A program made the translations under genes and the position numbers. Of a stretch of DNA of 64,000 nucleotides, positions 63,369 to 64,000 are shown in pieces. The stretch is from an uncultured Candidatus Binatia bacterium (lineage in GTDB: Bacteria > Desulfobacterota > Binatia > Bin18): NCBI GenBank assembly GCA_965200965.1, contig OZ241744.1:2848001-2912000 (forward strand), written 5' to 3'. Under the pieces are notes generated by a model. It saw only the letters and a program-made list of their open reading frames with translations, ran no database searches and was not told where the DNA came from. Each line of letters starts with the position of its first letter. The first letter of the stretch is position 1.

Positions 63369-64000
63369 TCAGGGGTCAATCAGGACGCCGGGATTCAGCA
63401 GGCCCTTGGGGTCGAGTGACTGCTTGGCAGACCGCAGGGCGGTGGCGAAGAGTTCTGGACGCTGGCGGTCGTACTGGGGCCGATGGATACGCCCGACCGA
63501 GTGGTGGTGGGTGACTGTGCCGCCGTATTTGACTACGGCGTCCGCGGCCGCGGTCTTGAGTTCCTGCCACTGCTGGATGGCATCGGCGTGGCTGCCGAGG
63601 GCGGTAAAGGTGTAGTACGGGGCCGGGCCGTCTGGATAGACATGGGTGAAGCGGCACGACAGCAAGCCACCGCCGCACACTTCGTCAAGGGCGTTCTGGA
63701 TATCGGCCTGTACCCCGGCGTGAAACGCGGCAAAATCCTGCCACGGAATGGCACTCTCGACCGTATCGAAAATCGCCCCCATCGCCGCTGTCGTGCCCAT
63801 CTGATACGGCATCCGCAGAAAGGCATCGCGCCAGTCGCCGACCGAGCCGGCACGCCCGGCTGTCTGTCCGCCGCCTCGAATGACCGGACCGTGGAGGGTG
63901 GTCCCGCCGTAGTCGGCGCAGCACTCCAGGGCACGCGTGATCCAGCTTTCCAACGCGTGGTCGGCCGATTCAAAGCCCAGCATCAGCATCGCCCCCGGGC
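63369..64000 (-). CDS. FAD-linked oxidase (alkyl-DHAP synthase-like), C-terminal part
   Basis: THVYPDG, GGTVTHHHSVG, LDPKGLLNPG. Confidence 0.9.
   Translation of the reverse strand, partial: PGAMLMLGFESADHALESWITRALECCADYGGTTLHGPVIRGGGQTAGRAGSVGDWRDAFLRMPYQMGTTAAMGAIFDTVESAIPWQDFAAFHAGVQADIQNALDEVCGGGLLSCRFTHVYPDGPAPYYTFTALGSHADAIQQWQELKTAAADAVVKYGGTVTHHHSVGRIHRPQYDRQRPELFATALRSAKQSLDPKGLLNPGVLIDP

Overview
GC-rich bacterial chromosome segment. The gene mix (several LLM monooxygenases, enoyl-CoA hydratases, acyl-CoA dehydrogenase, SDR, TcuA-like oxidoreductase, catechol 2,3-dioxygenase) suggests a Binatota/deltaproteobacterium-like heterotroph; this is inference only. The backbone carries comM (partial), SRAP, fhs, pgsA-like, FKBP, amgK/murU, clpB, hflKC and an RND pump. 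From 2.4 to 22.1 kb there is a tandem array of three giant secreted beta-helix proteins (3026, 1861 and 896 aa) alternating with copies of a small variable-length coiled-coil gene. Each giant gene has a poly-C tract (17, 13, 10) just before its signal peptide. The main unexplained signal: I see no transposase or integrase, yet foreign genes or fragments are repeatedly inserted between direct duplications of the host target, from 2 bp up to several hundred bp, as if small circles had integrated by a single crossover. Examples are the giant genes, a TIR plus RNase HI pair, an NYN nuclease, a small ORF in an SDR gene, a 39-bp piece inside the TIR gene, and an HNH gene that splits an LLM gene and carries a ribosome-binding site at its 3' end. 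Other notable items are a stand-alone colicin E5-type tRNase with a putative immunity gene beside a single-chain restriction-modification gene, and a 51-bp hairpin element present as an inverted pair. Coordinates and mismatch counts were read by eye and family assignments come from motif recognition; no searches were run.
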